From: an uncultured Flavobacteriales bacterium
Lineage (GTDB): Bacteria; Bacteroidota; Bacteroidia; Flavobacteriales; UBA7430
Direction: 5' to 3'
Length of the DNA: 64,000 nucleotides
Assembly: GCA_943789355.1 (NCBI GenBank)
Contig: CALSTU010000002.1
Span: forward strand, 135,854 to 199,853
In this document: in pieces, positions 39,313 through 50,059 of the stretch
How the letters are laid out: each line of letters opens with the position of its first letter
How positions within the stretch are numbered: position 1 is the first letter of the stretch
Made by a program: the position numbers and the translations under genes
Notes under the pieces: generated by a model
Database searches by the model: none
What the model was told of the DNA's origin: nothing
Seen by the model: only the letters and a program-made list of their open reading frames with translations

Positions 39313-40826
39313 CCTACCAGTACATTTCCATCCATCTCATCTGGAATCGTAATGCCCATAATTTTCAATATTGTAGGAGCCACATCAGCAAGCTTACCAT
39401 CCTTGATTTCAGAGTAGTCGGTATTTAATAAAAAACAAGGCACAGGATTCGTCGTATGAGCTGTATTTGGTGTTCCGTCATCGTTAATCATGAAATCAGC
39501 GTTACCATGATCTGCAATGATGATAAAACCGTAATCTTGCTTCAAACCCGCTTCTACAACTTGCTTGGTACACTGATCAACGACCTCAAGAGCCTCTATA
39601 ACAGCCTCATAAACACCGGTATGCCCAACCATGTCTGGATTTGCAAAATTCAAGCAAATGAAGTCTGAGGGAGCATTCTCAATTTCAGAAATAATAGCAT
39701 CTGTTATTTTTTGAGCACTCATTGATGGTTGTAAATCATAAGTGGCGACTTTAGGTGATGGAATCATAATACGTTTTTCCCCATCAAAACTCGGCTCACG
39801 TCCTCCAGAAAAGAAGAAAGAAACATGAGGGTACTTCTCTGTTTCTGCAATTCGAATCTGAGTCTTCCCATGAGCAGAGAGTACTTCTCCTAAAGTTTTC
39901 TGTAAATTATCTTTGTAAAATAAAACCGATACATCTCTATAAGCTTCATCATACATAGTCATTGTAACGTAATTCAAATGGAGAGCTGACATGTTGTACT
40001 CTGGGAAATCTTCTTGAGTAAGTACTCTAGAAATTTCACGACATCGATCGGTCCGAAAATTAAAGCATAGCACCAAATCACCTTCTTCAATTTTTGCAAG
40101 AGCATTACCATCAGCATCAACTTTACTAAGAGGTTTTACAAACTCATCGGTAACACCCGCATTGTATGAAGATTGGATCGAATCGATAAGATCTTTAGTT
40201 TTTTCTCCCTTAGCGTGAACCATCAAGTCATAAGCCAATTTAACACGCTCCCAACGCGTATCTCTATCCATCGCATAATAACGTCCAACAACACTAACAA
40301 GTTCAGCTGATAAATTAGAAATCTTTGACTCTAACTTTTCTATAAAACCCTTACCGCTTTTCGGATCGGTATCCCTACCGTCTGTGAAAGCGTGGATGTA
40401 AACATTCTCTAATTCTGCTGTATCAGCCAATTCGCATAAATGATGAAGATGAGTGTCGTGAGCATGAATACCCCCATCAGAAACCAAGCCCATGAAATGA
40501 ACAGCTTTGTTATTTTCTTTGGCATACGAAAAAGCTTTATTCAGAGCTTCATTGTCCTTAAAAGTATCATTCTTAACAGCATGATTAATTTTCACCAAAT
40601 CTTGATAAACAACTCTTCCAGCTCCAATATTGAGATGCCCAACCTCAGAATTACCCATTTGGCCCGCAGGAAGTCCTACTTGCTCTCCATCGGTAAGCAG
40701 TTCAGCATTTGGATAGCTTTTGTAAAGAGAATCTACAAAAGAGGTGTTCGCATTTTGCATGGCATTGGACTTGGTATCATTTCCATGACCCCAACCGTCG
40801 AGAATTAACAAGGCTACTTTTTTCAT
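39309..40826 (-). CDS. gpmI: 2,3-bisphosphoglycerate-independent phosphoglycerate mutase
   Basis: MKKVALLILDGWG N-terminus (ATG 40826; the track start 40829 is a TTG) and GNSEVGHLNIGAGR motif. Confidence 0.95.
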   Translation of the reverse strand: MKKVALLILDGWGHGNDTKSNAMQNANTSFVDSLYKSYPNAELLTDGEQVGLPAGQMGNSEVGHLNIGAGRVVYQDLVKINHAVKNDTFKDNEALNKAFSYAKENNKAVHFMGLVSDGGIHAHDTHLHHLCELADTAELENVYIHAFTDGRDTDPKSGKGFIEKLESKISNLSAELVSVVGRYYAMDRDTRWERVKLAYDLMVHAKGEKTKDLIDSIQSSYNAGVTDEFVKPLSKVDADGNALAKIEEGDLVLCFNFRTDRCREISRVLTQEDFPEYNMSALHLNYVTMTMYDEAYRDVSVLFYKDNLQKTLGEVLSAHGKTQIRIAETEKYPHVSFFFSGGREPSFDGEKRIMIPSPKVATYDLQPSMSAQKITDAIISEIENAPSDFICLNFANPDMVGHTGVYEAVIEALEVVDQCTKQVVEAGLKQDYGFIIIADHGNADFMINDDGTPNTAHTTNPVPCFLLNTDYSEIKDGKLADVAPTILKIMGITIPDEMDGNVLVG

Positions 40827-41029
40827 CAATCTAAATTTGCGGCAATTTAGCTTTTACTTTTGATAGTACATAGTTTTTCAGGCACTCCATACTCTGTGGA
40901 GCGAATACTCTTGGAAACAAACACAATACTAAGACTTCTGTTCTAGAAAAGATATACCTCAGTGAATCCCTTATTCAACATGAATAAATTCATTAAAGCA
41001 TCAATCATAGAATTAAATACTATAAATTG

Positions 41030-41037
41030 TATATTTG
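41030..41037 (+). promoter_or_regulatory. candidate -7 promoter box (TAnnTTTG)
   Basis: TATATTTG lies about 100 nt upstream of ATG 41139 in the gpmI / ftsB-like divergent spacer. Confidence 0.3.
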
Positions 41038-41138
41038 AAAAGCTTCGACCTTTTTACAACAAAAGATTATTCTATGAACGATTACGCAAGTTGTTCTATT
41101 TAACTAAGTGTGAATAAATACGCTCAACCCGATATAAA

Positions 41139-41441
41139 ATGTCAAATAAAAAATTGATTTTTAATTTACTATTTAAAAAAATAAAAAATCCTTTCGTGAT
41201 TATTGGCTTTATCTTTTTGGTGTGGATGCTTTTATTCGACAACAACTCCTACATCAATCAAAGCAGATTGTCAGAGACAATTGATCAGCTCGAAAAAGAT
41301 CAAAAGCATTACCAAGAAGAAATCAAAAAGGATTCTATTGCTCTTGAGGAACTTTCCAACCCAAAAGGATTAGAAAAATTTGCTCGAGAAAAATACCACA
41401 TGAAAAAAGAAAATGAAGAGATCTTTCTCATTATTGAATGA
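41139..41441 (+). CDS. septum formation initiator family protein (FtsB/DivIC/FtsL-like)
   Basis: 100 aa. One TM segment then a coiled coil. The C-terminal EKFAREKYHMKKENEEIF pattern is typical of the family. Confidence 0.75.
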   Translation: MSNKKLIFNLLFKKIKNPFVIIGFIFLVWMLLFDNNSYINQSRLSETIDQLEKDQKHYQEEIKKDSIALEELSNPKGLEKFAREKYHMKKENEEIFLIIE

Positions 41442-42820
41442 GTATACCTATGGAACGACTATTTGGAGATTTTAATTCAAAAACACTTAAGGAGTGGAAA
41501 GAAATTATTCTTACAGACCTTAAAGGAGATGAATACGAATCTCTTATTTGGGAAGATCCAGAAAACATTCAAATTGAACCCATATACAATCCAGAATCCA
41601 TACCAGAACTGAGGAATGACATCACCCATCAACACTCTAACTGGGAAATAGAACAAACACTTGTTCTGCCAAAAAACAAAAAAATATTGGCCAGTCTAAA
41701 CTCAGGAGCTACCGCTCTTCTGATTAAAGACTTACCCTCTAAAGACATCGAAACCGTATTTGAAGGGGTGTGGATACAGCACATTCAAACCTCTTTTCAA
41801 TCTAAAACTCCCGTGAGTGACATAGAAGCATTCGTTTCACTGGTTCAAAAAAGAAAACTTGACAAGAATACAATTAGAGGCAGTCTGCAGTATGACCCTC
41901 TGATGGATGGATTGAGGAATGGTGAACTTCAGACCAACTTATGGGAGAACTTCAAATCAATACAAGAAAATGTTAAAGAACTACCACAGTATAAAAGTGT
42001 CTGCTTACGAGGTTACGAATATCATAACGCAGGAGCTACACTAACTCAAGAGCTCGCTTTTACATTGGCTCAACTGAGTGAGTATTTTGCAAACACTAAC
42101 GAATTAAAGCCTGATAAAATTCAGGTAAGCCTTGCGGTATCGACAAATTATTTTTTTGAGATTGCTAAATTCAGAGCCATCCGAATCCTGTGGAAACAAA
42201 TTCTAAAAGCATACAACAAACAATACGTTGATCTTGACCTGAGAGCTGAAAGTAGTTCGAGAACCTCAACACTTTATGAACCACAAGTAAACATGCTCAG
42301 AAACACCAGCCAGTGCATGTCTGCTGCCCTAGGAGGAGCGAACACCATCAATGTAAACAGCTTTAATACCGTTTGTTTGAAAGAGGATGATTTTGGACAA
42401 CGGATGGCTAGAAATATCTCATTAATTTTAAAAGAAGAATCGTACTTTAATAAAGTAGTCGATCCGTCAGCAGGCTCCTACTACATTGAATATTTAACAA
42501 ATAAACTAAGTGAGAATGCTTGGAAAGTATTTCAAAACATAGAAAAAAAAGGAGGTTGGCTAACTTGTGTAAAGATGAATACAATACAAGAGATGATCGA
42601 GAAAAATGCACGTAGTCAAGAACACGATTTAAACAACAAAAAAATAAGACTTCTGGGGACCAACCTTTTCCCAAATAGAGAAGAAAAAATGTCTCATAAT
42701 ATTGATAAATCACTGACATTAAACCTTCTGAAAGGAAAAGAATTTAAAGCCATGAACGCCAATCGATTGTCTGCAAATATGGATCTTGAACGATTAGCAA
42801 AAGAGCCGAATGATGTCTAG
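41438..42820 (+). CDS. mutA: methylmalonyl-CoA mutase small (non-catalytic) subunit
   Basis: 460 aa. Mutase TIM-barrel-like sequence without a DxHxxG B12 motif. ATGA overlap with the upstream stop. Confidence 0.75.
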   Translation: MSIPMERLFGDFNSKTLKEWKEIILTDLKGDEYESLIWEDPENIQIEPIYNPESIPELRNDITHQHSNWEIEQTLVLPKNKKILASLNSGATALLIKDLPSKDIETVFEGVWIQHIQTSFQSKTPVSDIEAFVSLVQKRKLDKNTIRGSLQYDPLMDGLRNGELQTNLWENFKSIQENVKELPQYKSVCLRGYEYHNAGATLTQELAFTLAQLSEYFANTNELKPDKIQVSLAVSTNYFFEIAKFRAIRILWKQILKAYNKQYVDLDLRAESSSRTSTLYEPQVNMLRNTSQCMSAALGGANTINVNSFNTVCLKEDDFGQRMARNISLILKEESYFNKVVDPSAGSYYIEYLTNKLSENAWKVFQNIEKKGGWLTCVKMNTIQEMIEKNARSQEHDLNNKKIRLLGTNLFPNREEKMSHNIDKSLTLNLLKGKEFKAMNANRLSANMDLERLAKEPNDV

Positions 42821-44942
42821 ACCTAATTTTTCAAATATCGCACTCAATCTAAGCAGGGAAAAAGCTGAAAAATCAGGTAATACTTGGCTGAGTCCTGAAC
42901 AAATAGAAATTCAAAAAAATTACAAAGCTAAAGACATTGAGCATACCGAACATATCGGCTTCATATCTGGCGTTGAGCCCTATCTGAGGGGTCCTTACAG
43001 CTCAATGTATGCAAAACGTCCTTGGACCATTCGTCAATATGCAGGTTTCTCTACTGCAGAAGCCTCGAATGCATTTTATCGTAGAAATCTGTCTGCTGGA
43101 CAAAAGGGCTTATCGGTAGCCTTTGATCTGGCAACCCATCGCGGATACGACTCTGATCATGAGCGTGTGATTGGAGATGTTGGTAAGGCCGGTGTAGCCA
43201 TCGATACGGTAGAAGACATGAAAATCCTTTTCAGTCAAATTCCCCTAGATAAAATGTCGGTATCCATGACCATGAACGGTGCAGTGCTTCCGATTATGGC
43301 ATTTTACATTGTAGCCGCTGAAGAGCAAGGTGTGAAACAAAATCAACTCAGTGGAACGATTCAAAATGACATCCTGAAGGAATTCATGGTAAGAAATACC
43401 TACATCTACCCACCTAAGGCCTCTATGAGAATTATAGCCGATATTTTTGAATACACAGCTCATAACATGCCAAAATTCAATTCCATCAGTATCTCGGGCT
43501 ATCATATGCAAGAGGCTGGTGCTACTCCAGACATAGAATTGGCGTATACCCTAGCAGATGGTCTAGAATACATAAAAACAGGGCTTAAAGCTGGTATGGA
43601 CATAGACTCCTTTGCACCTCGACTGTCCTTCTTTTGGGGTATTGGAATGAATCACTTTATGGAAATTGCTAAAATGCGAGCCGCAAGAATGATTTGGGCA
43701 AAAATGGTCAAAAAATTTAATCCGAAAAATCCAAAATCACTTGTATTAAGAACACATTGCCAAACATCAGGCTGGAGTTTAACCGAACAAGATCCATACA
43801 ACAACGTAGCCAGAACCTGCATTGAAGGCATGGCAGCAGTTTTTGGCGGAACACAATCTTTGCACACCAACGCATTGGACGAGGCCATTGCCTTACCGAC
43901 AGAATTCTCTGCAAGAATTGCTCGAAATACTCAAATCTATCTTCAAGAAGAAACACAAATAACAAAAGTTGTAGACCCCTGGGGAGGCTCATACTATCTT
44001 GAAAAAATCACAGAAGAAATCACCCAAAAAGCATGGAAGCACATTCGTGAAATTGAAGAGTTAGGTGGTATGGCCAAAGCCATTGAGACAGGAATTCCTA
44101 AAATGCGAATTGAAGAGGCTGCAGCCAGAAAACAAGCACGTATCGACACAGGAACGGATCAAATTATTGGAGTAAATGCCTATAGACTTGATAAAGAAGA
44201 GCCCTTAGACACCCTAGAAATTGACAATACACTCGTACTAAAGTCACAAATAAAACGTTTAAATAATGTACGAGAAAATAGAAATGAATCGGCTGTTGCA
44301 AGCGCTTTAAGTAACCTCACGGAAGCATGCAATGGCAACAAAGGGAACTTATTAGAATTGGCTGTGATTGCCGCAAAAAGTCGAGCAACACTGGGAGAGA
44401 TATCCTTTGCATGCGAAAAAATATTTGGAAGATATCAAGCGAAAATACATTCAATATCGGGAGTTTACTCAATGGAAATAGCAGACAACAATGCTTTCAG
44501 CAAAGCACGCAAATTAACAGACACGTTCGCCGAAATAGAAGGTCGAAGACCTCGTATTATGATTGCTAAAATGGGGCAGGACGGTCACGATAGAGGGGCA
44601 AAAGTAGTATCTACCTCCTTCGCAGACTTAGGATTTGATGTTGATATAGGTCCACTTTTCCAAACCCCCAAAGAGGCAGCAAAACAGGCTGTAGAAAACG
44701 ATGTTCATATTCTGGGGATTTCCTCATTAGCGGCTGGACACAAAGTACTGATTCCAAAAGTAATTGATGAACTCAAAGATCTTGGAAGAGATGATATTTT
44801 AATTGTAGCCGGAGGCGTTATCCCAAACAAAGACTATCAAGAATTATTCGATATGGGCGTGGCTGGTATCTTTGGACCCGGAACTGTTATAGCCGATGCT
44901 GCCTCCGAAATATTGAATGTTATGATGAATGTTGAGAAATGA
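42810..44942 (+). CDS. mutB: methylmalonyl-CoA mutase large subunit
   Basis: 710 aa. [13 protein letters not shown] and a C-terminal B12-binding motif [11 protein letters not shown]. Confidence 0.95.
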   Translation: MMSRPNFSNIALNLSREKAEKSGNTWLSPEQIEIQKNYKAKDIEHTEHIGFISGVEPYLRGPYSSMYAKRPWTIRQYAGFSTAEASNAFYRRNLSAGQKGLSVAFDLATHRGYDSDHERVIGDVGKAGVAIDTVEDMKILFSQIPLDKMSVSMTMNGAVLPIMAFYIVAAEEQGVKQNQLSGTIQNDILKEFMVRNTYIYPPKASMRIIADIFEYTAHNMPKFNSISISGYHMQEAGATPDIELAYTLADGLEYIKTGLKAGMDIDSFAPRLSFFWGIGMNHFMEIAKMRAARMIWAKMVKKFNPKNPKSLVLRTHCQTSGWSLTEQDPYNNVARTCIEGMAAVFGGTQSLHTNALDEAIALPTEFSARIARNTQIYLQEETQITKVVDPWGGSYYLEKITEEITQKAWKHIREIEELGGMAKAIETGIPKMRIEEAAARKQARIDTGTDQIIGVNAYRLDKEEPLDTLEIDNTLVLKSQIKRLNNVRENRNESAVASALSNLTEACNGNKGNLLELAVIAAKSRATLGEISFACEKIFGRYQAKIHSISGVYSMEIADNNAFSKARKLTDTFAEIEGRRPRIMIAKMGQDGHDRGAKVVSTSFADLGFDVDIGPLFQTPKEAAKQAVENDVHILGISSLAAGHKVLIPKVIDELKDLGRDDILIVAGGVIPNKDYQELFDMGVAGIFGPGTVIADAASEILNVMMNVEK

Positions 44943-45550
44943 AAAAGCATTTTTTAATCATTGCCTTTTTAGCGCTGACAATTACAAAAGGTCAAAGCAT
45001 TCGTAACGATAGTTACACAGCTCTTGGAGTTCTTACAAGCTTCAATGAAATTCCTTTTGGGATAGGCTTCTACAACGTAACTAAAGAACAAAGACTTGGT
45101 GTTTTTAGCGAGCTAAAATTCAATCGATTGAATTTCAATAACGATTACATCTTTAGAAACGCTCCAGTAGCGTCCGACACACTAAGAGATGCTATTTTCC
45201 ATGGAAACAAGAACATGATCAAAATGATCAATATAGGACTTGTCTTTAATCCTCAAAAGCTGAACATCTTTGTTTGGGATCGAATAGATATTGATCTTTG
45301 TTTAGGCATTGGATATGTTCAGAATTTTAGATATAAATTCTATCATGACTCAAAAGGTATTGAAAAAGACGAAAATCAAAGCTCCTCCAACCCACTGGGT
45401 AAATACTACGTCATTGACCACAATGACCATGGCATAAATCTAAATATAGGAACAAACTTATCTTTCCAAAAAACGCCCTTTATGATTCACTTAGGCTATG
45501 ACTTTAAACCAAAAACCATCGCTTTTGGATTTAACTGGAAAGTAAAATAA
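44939..45550 (+). CDS. hypothetical secreted protein, possible small outer-membrane beta-barrel
   Basis: 203 aa. Signal peptide ([15 protein letters not shown]) and alternating hydrophobic strands. ATGA overlap with the mutB stop. Confidence 0.5.
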   Translation: MKKHFLIIAFLALTITKGQSIRNDSYTALGVLTSFNEIPFGIGFYNVTKEQRLGVFSELKFNRLNFNNDYIFRNAPVASDTLRDAIFHGNKNMIKMINIGLVFNPQKLNIFVWDRIDIDLCLGIGYVQNFRYKFYHDSKGIEKDENQSSSNPLGKYYVIDHNDHGINLNIGTNLSFQKTPFMIHLGYDFKPKTIAFGFNWKVK

Positions 45551-45662
45551 CCCTTTCAAATCACCTACAATGAGAGGTTTTAATAGCATTACCAAAGCAG
45601 ATAAAGCGATGCTAAGCGAACAAGTTATGCCTCAAGTCTCCTATAATTTAATTAGTTTATTA

Positions 45663-45670
45663 TAAATTTG
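45663..45670 (+). promoter_or_regulatory. candidate -7 promoter box (TAnnTTTG)
   Basis: TAAATTTG lies 18 nt upstream of ATG 45688. Confidence 0.35.
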
Positions 45671-45687
45671 CTCAAAATCAAAATTGT

Positions 45688-45900
45688 ATGAAAACTGCTA
45701 TACTTGCTATTGTACTTTTAGCACTAGGTTTTGCTGGAATTGCCATTAAAATTTGGGCAAAAAAGGATGGGGAATTTGAGGGGACATGTGCAAGCAATAA
45801 CCCTTTGATTACAAAAGAAGGCGAGGCATGTGGATACTGTGGTGCAGAACCTGATGAACAATGTAAATCCGATGAAGAGGCAACATCTGCAGTGAACTAG
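45688..45900 (+). CDS. 70-aa single-pass membrane protein with four-Cys acidic tail
   Basis: TM helix TAILAIVLLALGFAGIAIKIW, then GTC-x13-CGYC-x7-C and an acidic end. It has its own -7 box. Confidence 0.6.
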   Translation: MKTAILAIVLLALGFAGIAIKIWAKKDGEFEGTCASNNPLITKEGEACGYCGAEPDEQCKSDEEATSAVN

Positions 45901-46904
45901 TGAATGATATTCACTTCCATATTCAAGTGTACACCAAACTGATTTTCTACAGAAGATTGAATGTCCAAAGCAAGCTTATAAATATCCGAGCCCTTCGCTC
46001 CTCCATAGTTTACTAAAACCAAAGCTTGTTTTTCGTGAACACCATAATTCCCAATACGTTTTCCCTTCCAACCAGCTTTTTCTATGAGCCATGCAGCAGG
46101 TACTTTTACCTGTCCGGTACCCGAAGGATAGAACGGTACATCAGCATGGTTCTTTTTTATGGGTTCAAAATCAGAAAGAGACAAGACCGGGTTCTTGAAA
46201 AATGAACCTGAATTACCAATTTCTTTCGGGTCTGGAAGTTTTGATTCTCTGATGAATATGACTGCATCACTAACATCTTTAGGAGTCGGTGTTAGAATAC
46301 CACGATTATTTAAAACTTCAGATATTATGCCATAATCGGTATCTACATTTGCGTTGCATCGCAATTTAAAAGTTACCGACAAAATAACATAGGCTCCCTT
46401 GTGGATGTTTTTAAAGACCGACTCTCTGTATCCAAAACGACAAGATGCACAATCAAAGTTATGAATCTCCCCCGTTGCTATATGATAAGCTTCAAGATGT
46501 TCGAATACATCTTTCAACTCAACACCGTAAGCACCGATGTTTTGCATCGGAGCGGCTCCAACATTTCCGGGTATTAACGATAAATTTTCTATTCCAAAGT
46601 AACCTTTGGATAAAGACCACAAAACAAAGTGATGCCAATTCTCTCCTGCCTGTACTTTGATTAATCCATCACCAAGATCCTCAATTCCCTTCAATTCAAG
46701 ATGTACAACCAATCCTTTAAAATCTGAACAGAATAGAATGTTACTACCTCCGCCCAAAAATAATTTAGGCAAACGCAAATACAAGGGGTTTGATAAAATC
46801 AATTTGAGTTCCGAGAGATGTTGTACTTTAACAAAAAAATCAGCCTTTACATCAATACCAAAAGTATTGTATGCAGCCAAGGAGTGATTTTCATGTAATT
46901 GCAT
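45897..46904 (-). CDS. murB: UDP-N-acetylenolpyruvoylglucosamine reductase
   Basis: 335 aa. FAD-binding N-domain and GNVGAAPMQNIGAYG motif. Confidence 0.9.
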   Translation of the reverse strand: MQLHENHSLAAYNTFGIDVKADFFVKVQHLSELKLILSNPLYLRLPKLFLGGGSNILFCSDFKGLVVHLELKGIEDLGDGLIKVQAGENWHHFVLWSLSKGYFGIENLSLIPGNVGAAPMQNIGAYGVELKDVFEHLEAYHIATGEIHNFDCASCRFGYRESVFKNIHKGAYVILSVTFKLRCNANVDTDYGIISEVLNNRGILTPTPKDVSDAVIFIRESKLPDPKEIGNSGSFFKNPVLSLSDFEPIKKNHADVPFYPSGTGQVKVPAAWLIEKAGWKGKRIGNYGVHEKQALVLVNYGGAKGSDIYKLALDIQSSVENQFGVHLNMEVNIIH

Positions 46905-46913
46905 GCAAAAGAT

Positions 46914-47876
46914 TTAGAATAAAGATTGAACCAGTTTCTCTAGACTCATACCTTCGGCTTCTGCCTTGTAGTTTCTTACAATACGATGACGAAGAATTGG
47001 AAATGAAACGGCTCTGACATCTTCGATATCAGGAGAATATTTACCACGAACAGCGGCATATGCCTTAGCTGCAAGTATTAAAAATTGAGATGCTCTTGGA
47101 CCGGCTCCCCAAGAAAGATATTTTTTTATTTGATCAGGAGACTGATCACTCTCCGGACGAGTTTTAGAGACCAAACGAACGGCATACTCAACAACATTGT
47201 CAGCTACGGGAATCTTGCGTATTAAATCTTGAATTTTTAAAATCTCTTCAGCAGTTAAAACCTCCTTAACGTGGGCCACAGTATCCGAAGTAGTGTTTTT
47301 AACGATCTGAACCTCCTCCTCAAAAGAAGGATAATCAACCTTTAAATTGAACATGAATCGATCAAGCTGAGCTTCTGGCAACGCATAAGTACCCTCCTGC
47401 TCAATAGGGTTTTGTGTCGCCAAAACGAAAAAAGGTTTGTCCAGAAGATGAACCTCTCCCGCTGCAGTAACGGATCGTTCTTGCATAGCTTCAAGAAGAG
47501 CCGCTTGAGTTTTTGGAGGTGTACGATTGATCTCGTCCGCAAGAATTACATTTGAAAATATAGGTCCTTTCATAAATTTGAAACTCCTATTTTCATCTAA
47601 AATCTCAGCACCAATAATATCTGACGGCATCAAGTCAGGAGTAAACTGTATTCGAGAAAAATCTAAACCTAAAGACTCACTGATGGTTTTTACAAGGAGT
47701 GTTTTTGCCAAACCTGGCACACCAACCAAAAGGACATGTCCTCTGCAAAATATGGATAGAATAAGTTCATCGACAACCTTATCTTGTCCAACAATAACTT
47801 TAGCAATTTCTGATTTTAAGTCTGCAAATTGAACTTTTAAATGATCAAGTGCTTCTACGTCTGAATTTTGTTCCAT
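46914..47876 (-). CDS. MoxR-family AAA+ ATPase
   Basis: 320 aa. Walker A GVPGLAKT, Walker B ILADEINR, and typical MoxR length. Confidence 0.9.
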   Translation of the reverse strand: MEQNSDVEALDHLKVQFADLKSEIAKVIVGQDKVVDELILSIFCRGHVLLVGVPGLAKTLLVKTISESLGLDFSRIQFTPDLMPSDIIGAEILDENRSFKFMKGPIFSNVILADEINRTPPKTQAALLEAMQERSVTAAGEVHLLDKPFFVLATQNPIEQEGTYALPEAQLDRFMFNLKVDYPSFEEEVQIVKNTTSDTVAHVKEVLTAEEILKIQDLIRKIPVADNVVEYAVRLVSKTRPESDQSPDQIKKYLSWGAGPRASQFLILAAKAYAAVRGKYSPDIEDVRAVSFPILRHRIVRNYKAEAEGMSLEKLVQSLF

Positions 47877-47888
47877 ACTGTAAATTTG

Positions 47889-49211
47889 TTACCAACCGTA
47901 TTGAAAAGAGGATGATTGGTAGGAGTCAGCAATATAAACATAAGTCTTCAATAATGCATTTTCTACCCAATGGGTTATGGCTTGCTCTCTTTTTTGTTCT
48001 AATGCCATGTCACGAATCAGCTTGTAATCATCTTTAAAATTAGCTTGATGCTTAGGTGTTCTGCTTAACAACTTAAATATCCTGTAAGCTTCCTTGCCAT
48101 CCTCCATCTTGACGTAAGCAGGGCTGGAAATTTCATCGACACTTAATTCGTCGACTGTGATTTTAATTGCATTTTCTAATTCATGGAGTTCAAATGTAGA
48201 AGATCCAGAATTCATGTTTATTAATTTGCCACCATTAAATTTAGTCATGTCGTCATCTGAATGATACGTAGAAGCGTTTGTGAAAGTCAAATTACCATCA
48301 AGAATAGAATCTCTAACAGCAACCAGCAAATCTTTGGCGTCATTTAAATCAATCGGAGAAATTTTTGGAGACATAAGGATATGTCTGATGTCTACTTCAT
48401 CAGCTCTTCTTTCGACCATTTGGGCAATATGGAAGCCATATTCAGTTTCAAAAACTTCAGAAATTTCATCATCTTCGAGGCTGAACATTACCGCTTCAAA
48501 TTCTTTAACAAACATTCCTCTTCTTATTCCGGTGTAAAGCCCACCATTTCTAGACGACCCTGGATCTTCAGAATATAAAATAGCCAATGTAGCAAAGCTT
48601 TCCCCTTTTAAAACACGCTGTTTAAGTTTATTTAGCTTACTATTTGTTTCTCTAATAGCAGACTCATTTGCTGGAGGAAGTTTAAGGATTTGAGCAACTT
48701 CAATGCTTTCATTAATTTCCGGCAAAGCTTCTTTGTCAAATTTTGCATGATATATTTTTACAGCAGCAGGAGTCACATCAACGTTTGATGTGATACCGTA
48801 TCGGACTCTTTTTATAATGAGAGACTCCCTGATAGGTTCCTTCATCTCATCTTTAATCTCGTATATTTTTTTATCGAAATATTCTTCCAACTGGTCGATG
48901 CCTCCTAATTGAGAAGTAAAAGTGTTTATTCGAGACTCAACCTCAGCACCAACCTCTTGCTCAGTCACCTCTACACTATCTAACTCCGCTTTGTGAAGCA
49001 TTAATTTTTGAAATAATAAATCTTCAAAAACTTGAGTTCGCATTGATGAATCGACTTCCAAGCCTTGAGCTTGATATTGAAGTATTTGCTGTTCTAAATC
49101 CGATTTCAGTACAATATTATTCCCCACAACAGCAATAACGCCATCCACATTAACTTGTGAAAAGGCAGCTTGAGTCAAAAGAAAAAAAGCAACAAAAAAC
49201 ACTCTAGTCAT
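47889..49211 (-). CDS. SurA-like periplasmic peptidyl-prolyl isomerase (parvulin type)
   Basis: Start moved to ATG 49211 (MTRVFFVAFFLL signal). Rotamase block GGLYTGIRRGMFVKEFEAVMFSL...EYGFHIAQ. Confidence 0.8.
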   Translation of the reverse strand: MTRVFFVAFFLLTQAAFSQVNVDGVIAVVGNNIVLKSDLEQQILQYQAQGLEVDSSMRTQVFEDLLFQKLMLHKAELDSVEVTEQEVGAEVESRINTFTSQLGGIDQLEEYFDKKIYEIKDEMKEPIRESLIIKRVRYGITSNVDVTPAAVKIYHAKFDKEALPEINESIEVAQILKLPPANESAIRETNSKLNKLKQRVLKGESFATLAILYSEDPGSSRNGGLYTGIRRGMFVKEFEAVMFSLEDDEISEVFETEYGFHIAQMVERRADEVDIRHILMSPKISPIDLNDAKDLLVAVRDSILDGNLTFTNASTYHSDDDMTKFNGGKLINMNSGSSTFELHELENAIKITVDELSVDEISSPAYVKMEDGKEAYRIFKLLSRTPKHQANFKDDYKLIRDMALEQKREQAITHWVENALLKTYVYIADSYQSSSFQYGW

Positions 49212-49212
49212 C

Positions 49213-50055
49213 TTAATAAATTTCAAATTGTTTTGATGTTTTGGCATCCTCTAATAATTTAGATTGAATCACTTCAAGCGATTTCAGTTTTCTTTGGTTC
49301 AGCAAGATACTTTTTATTTCATCTGCTACATATTCTAAAGGAGCTATTTCTCCTTGTAATTTGAGGTCATGGAGTCTTACTAGATAGACATTTAACGAAT
49401 CCTCAAGCAGTAAAGTATTTTTTTTAGGTGATAATGACGATATGTCTAGATCGGAAGAAAAAATCTCTTGAAAATCTTCCCAAATCAACCATTCTTCAGG
49501 ATTGTTGTAAAATCGCTTTGCATATTGATGAGAATACGATTCAATTAGATCAATCTTCAAAGTGTCTGCATCAAAAAACCAATCCGATATAGCGTCTAAT
49601 TTTGGAGCCATAACACTTGCTTTAAGAAACATCACTTTGATGATTTTTTCTGAAAGCAAATAATCTTCCGCATGCTCGTTGTAATAGGATTTCAATTCAT
49701 CTTCAAGAACAAGTGTATCCAAACTTTGCTGAATCAATTTTTGCTCATAAGCATGAATCATAAGTGACCGACGATACGCTTTAAGACGTTTTTCAATCTC
49801 TAAAGCTTCTTGATTGATGTTAAGTACTGCTTTTTGCAATAACAGCTCTTGTTTTGCCCAATTGTATATGTATTGTTGCTTAAAAACCAAACTGTCGTAA
49901 GAAGACAATTCACCATTTTGTGGGAGGTTTACCTGTGACTCATACAACTGTGAATCTCCGACTCTAGCCAGTAATAAATCGTCTGACTCAGTCTGAAAGA
50001 ACGAACATGAGGACAAAACACAAATGAGGGAGATATGTAAGAAGTACTTGTTCAC
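49213..50055 (-). CDS. hypothetical lipoprotein within PPIase/chaperone gene string
   Basis: 280 aa. GTG start, lipoprotein signal (CVLSSC), helical. No rotamase motif seen. Confidence 0.55.
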   Translation of the reverse strand: MNKYFLHISLICVLSSCSFFQTESDDLLLARVGDSQLYESQVNLPQNGELSSYDSLVFKQQYIYNWAKQELLLQKAVLNINQEALEIEKRLKAYRRSLMIHAYEQKLIQQSLDTLVLEDELKSYYNEHAEDYLLSEKIIKVMFLKASVMAPKLDAISDWFFDADTLKIDLIESYSHQYAKRFYNNPEEWLIWEDFQEIFSSDLDISSLSPKKNTLLLEDSLNVYLVRLHDLKLQGEIAPLEYVADEIKSILLNQRKLKSLEVIQSKLLEDAKTSKQFEIY

Positions 50056-50059
50056 TTTT

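Noticed and set aside
40830-41138. A possible cobalamin riboswitch ahead of the methylmalonyl-CoA mutase operon. I similarly considered a glycine riboswitch in the 87-nt spacer before gcvP (26736-26822) and a purine/ZTP element before purB (12930-13180).
   Set aside because: I could not find a B12-box-like GCCACTG core or the conserved cores of the other classes. The spacers are AT-rich with only trivial hairpins, and the gcvP spacer is too short. Only a covariance-model scan could settle it.
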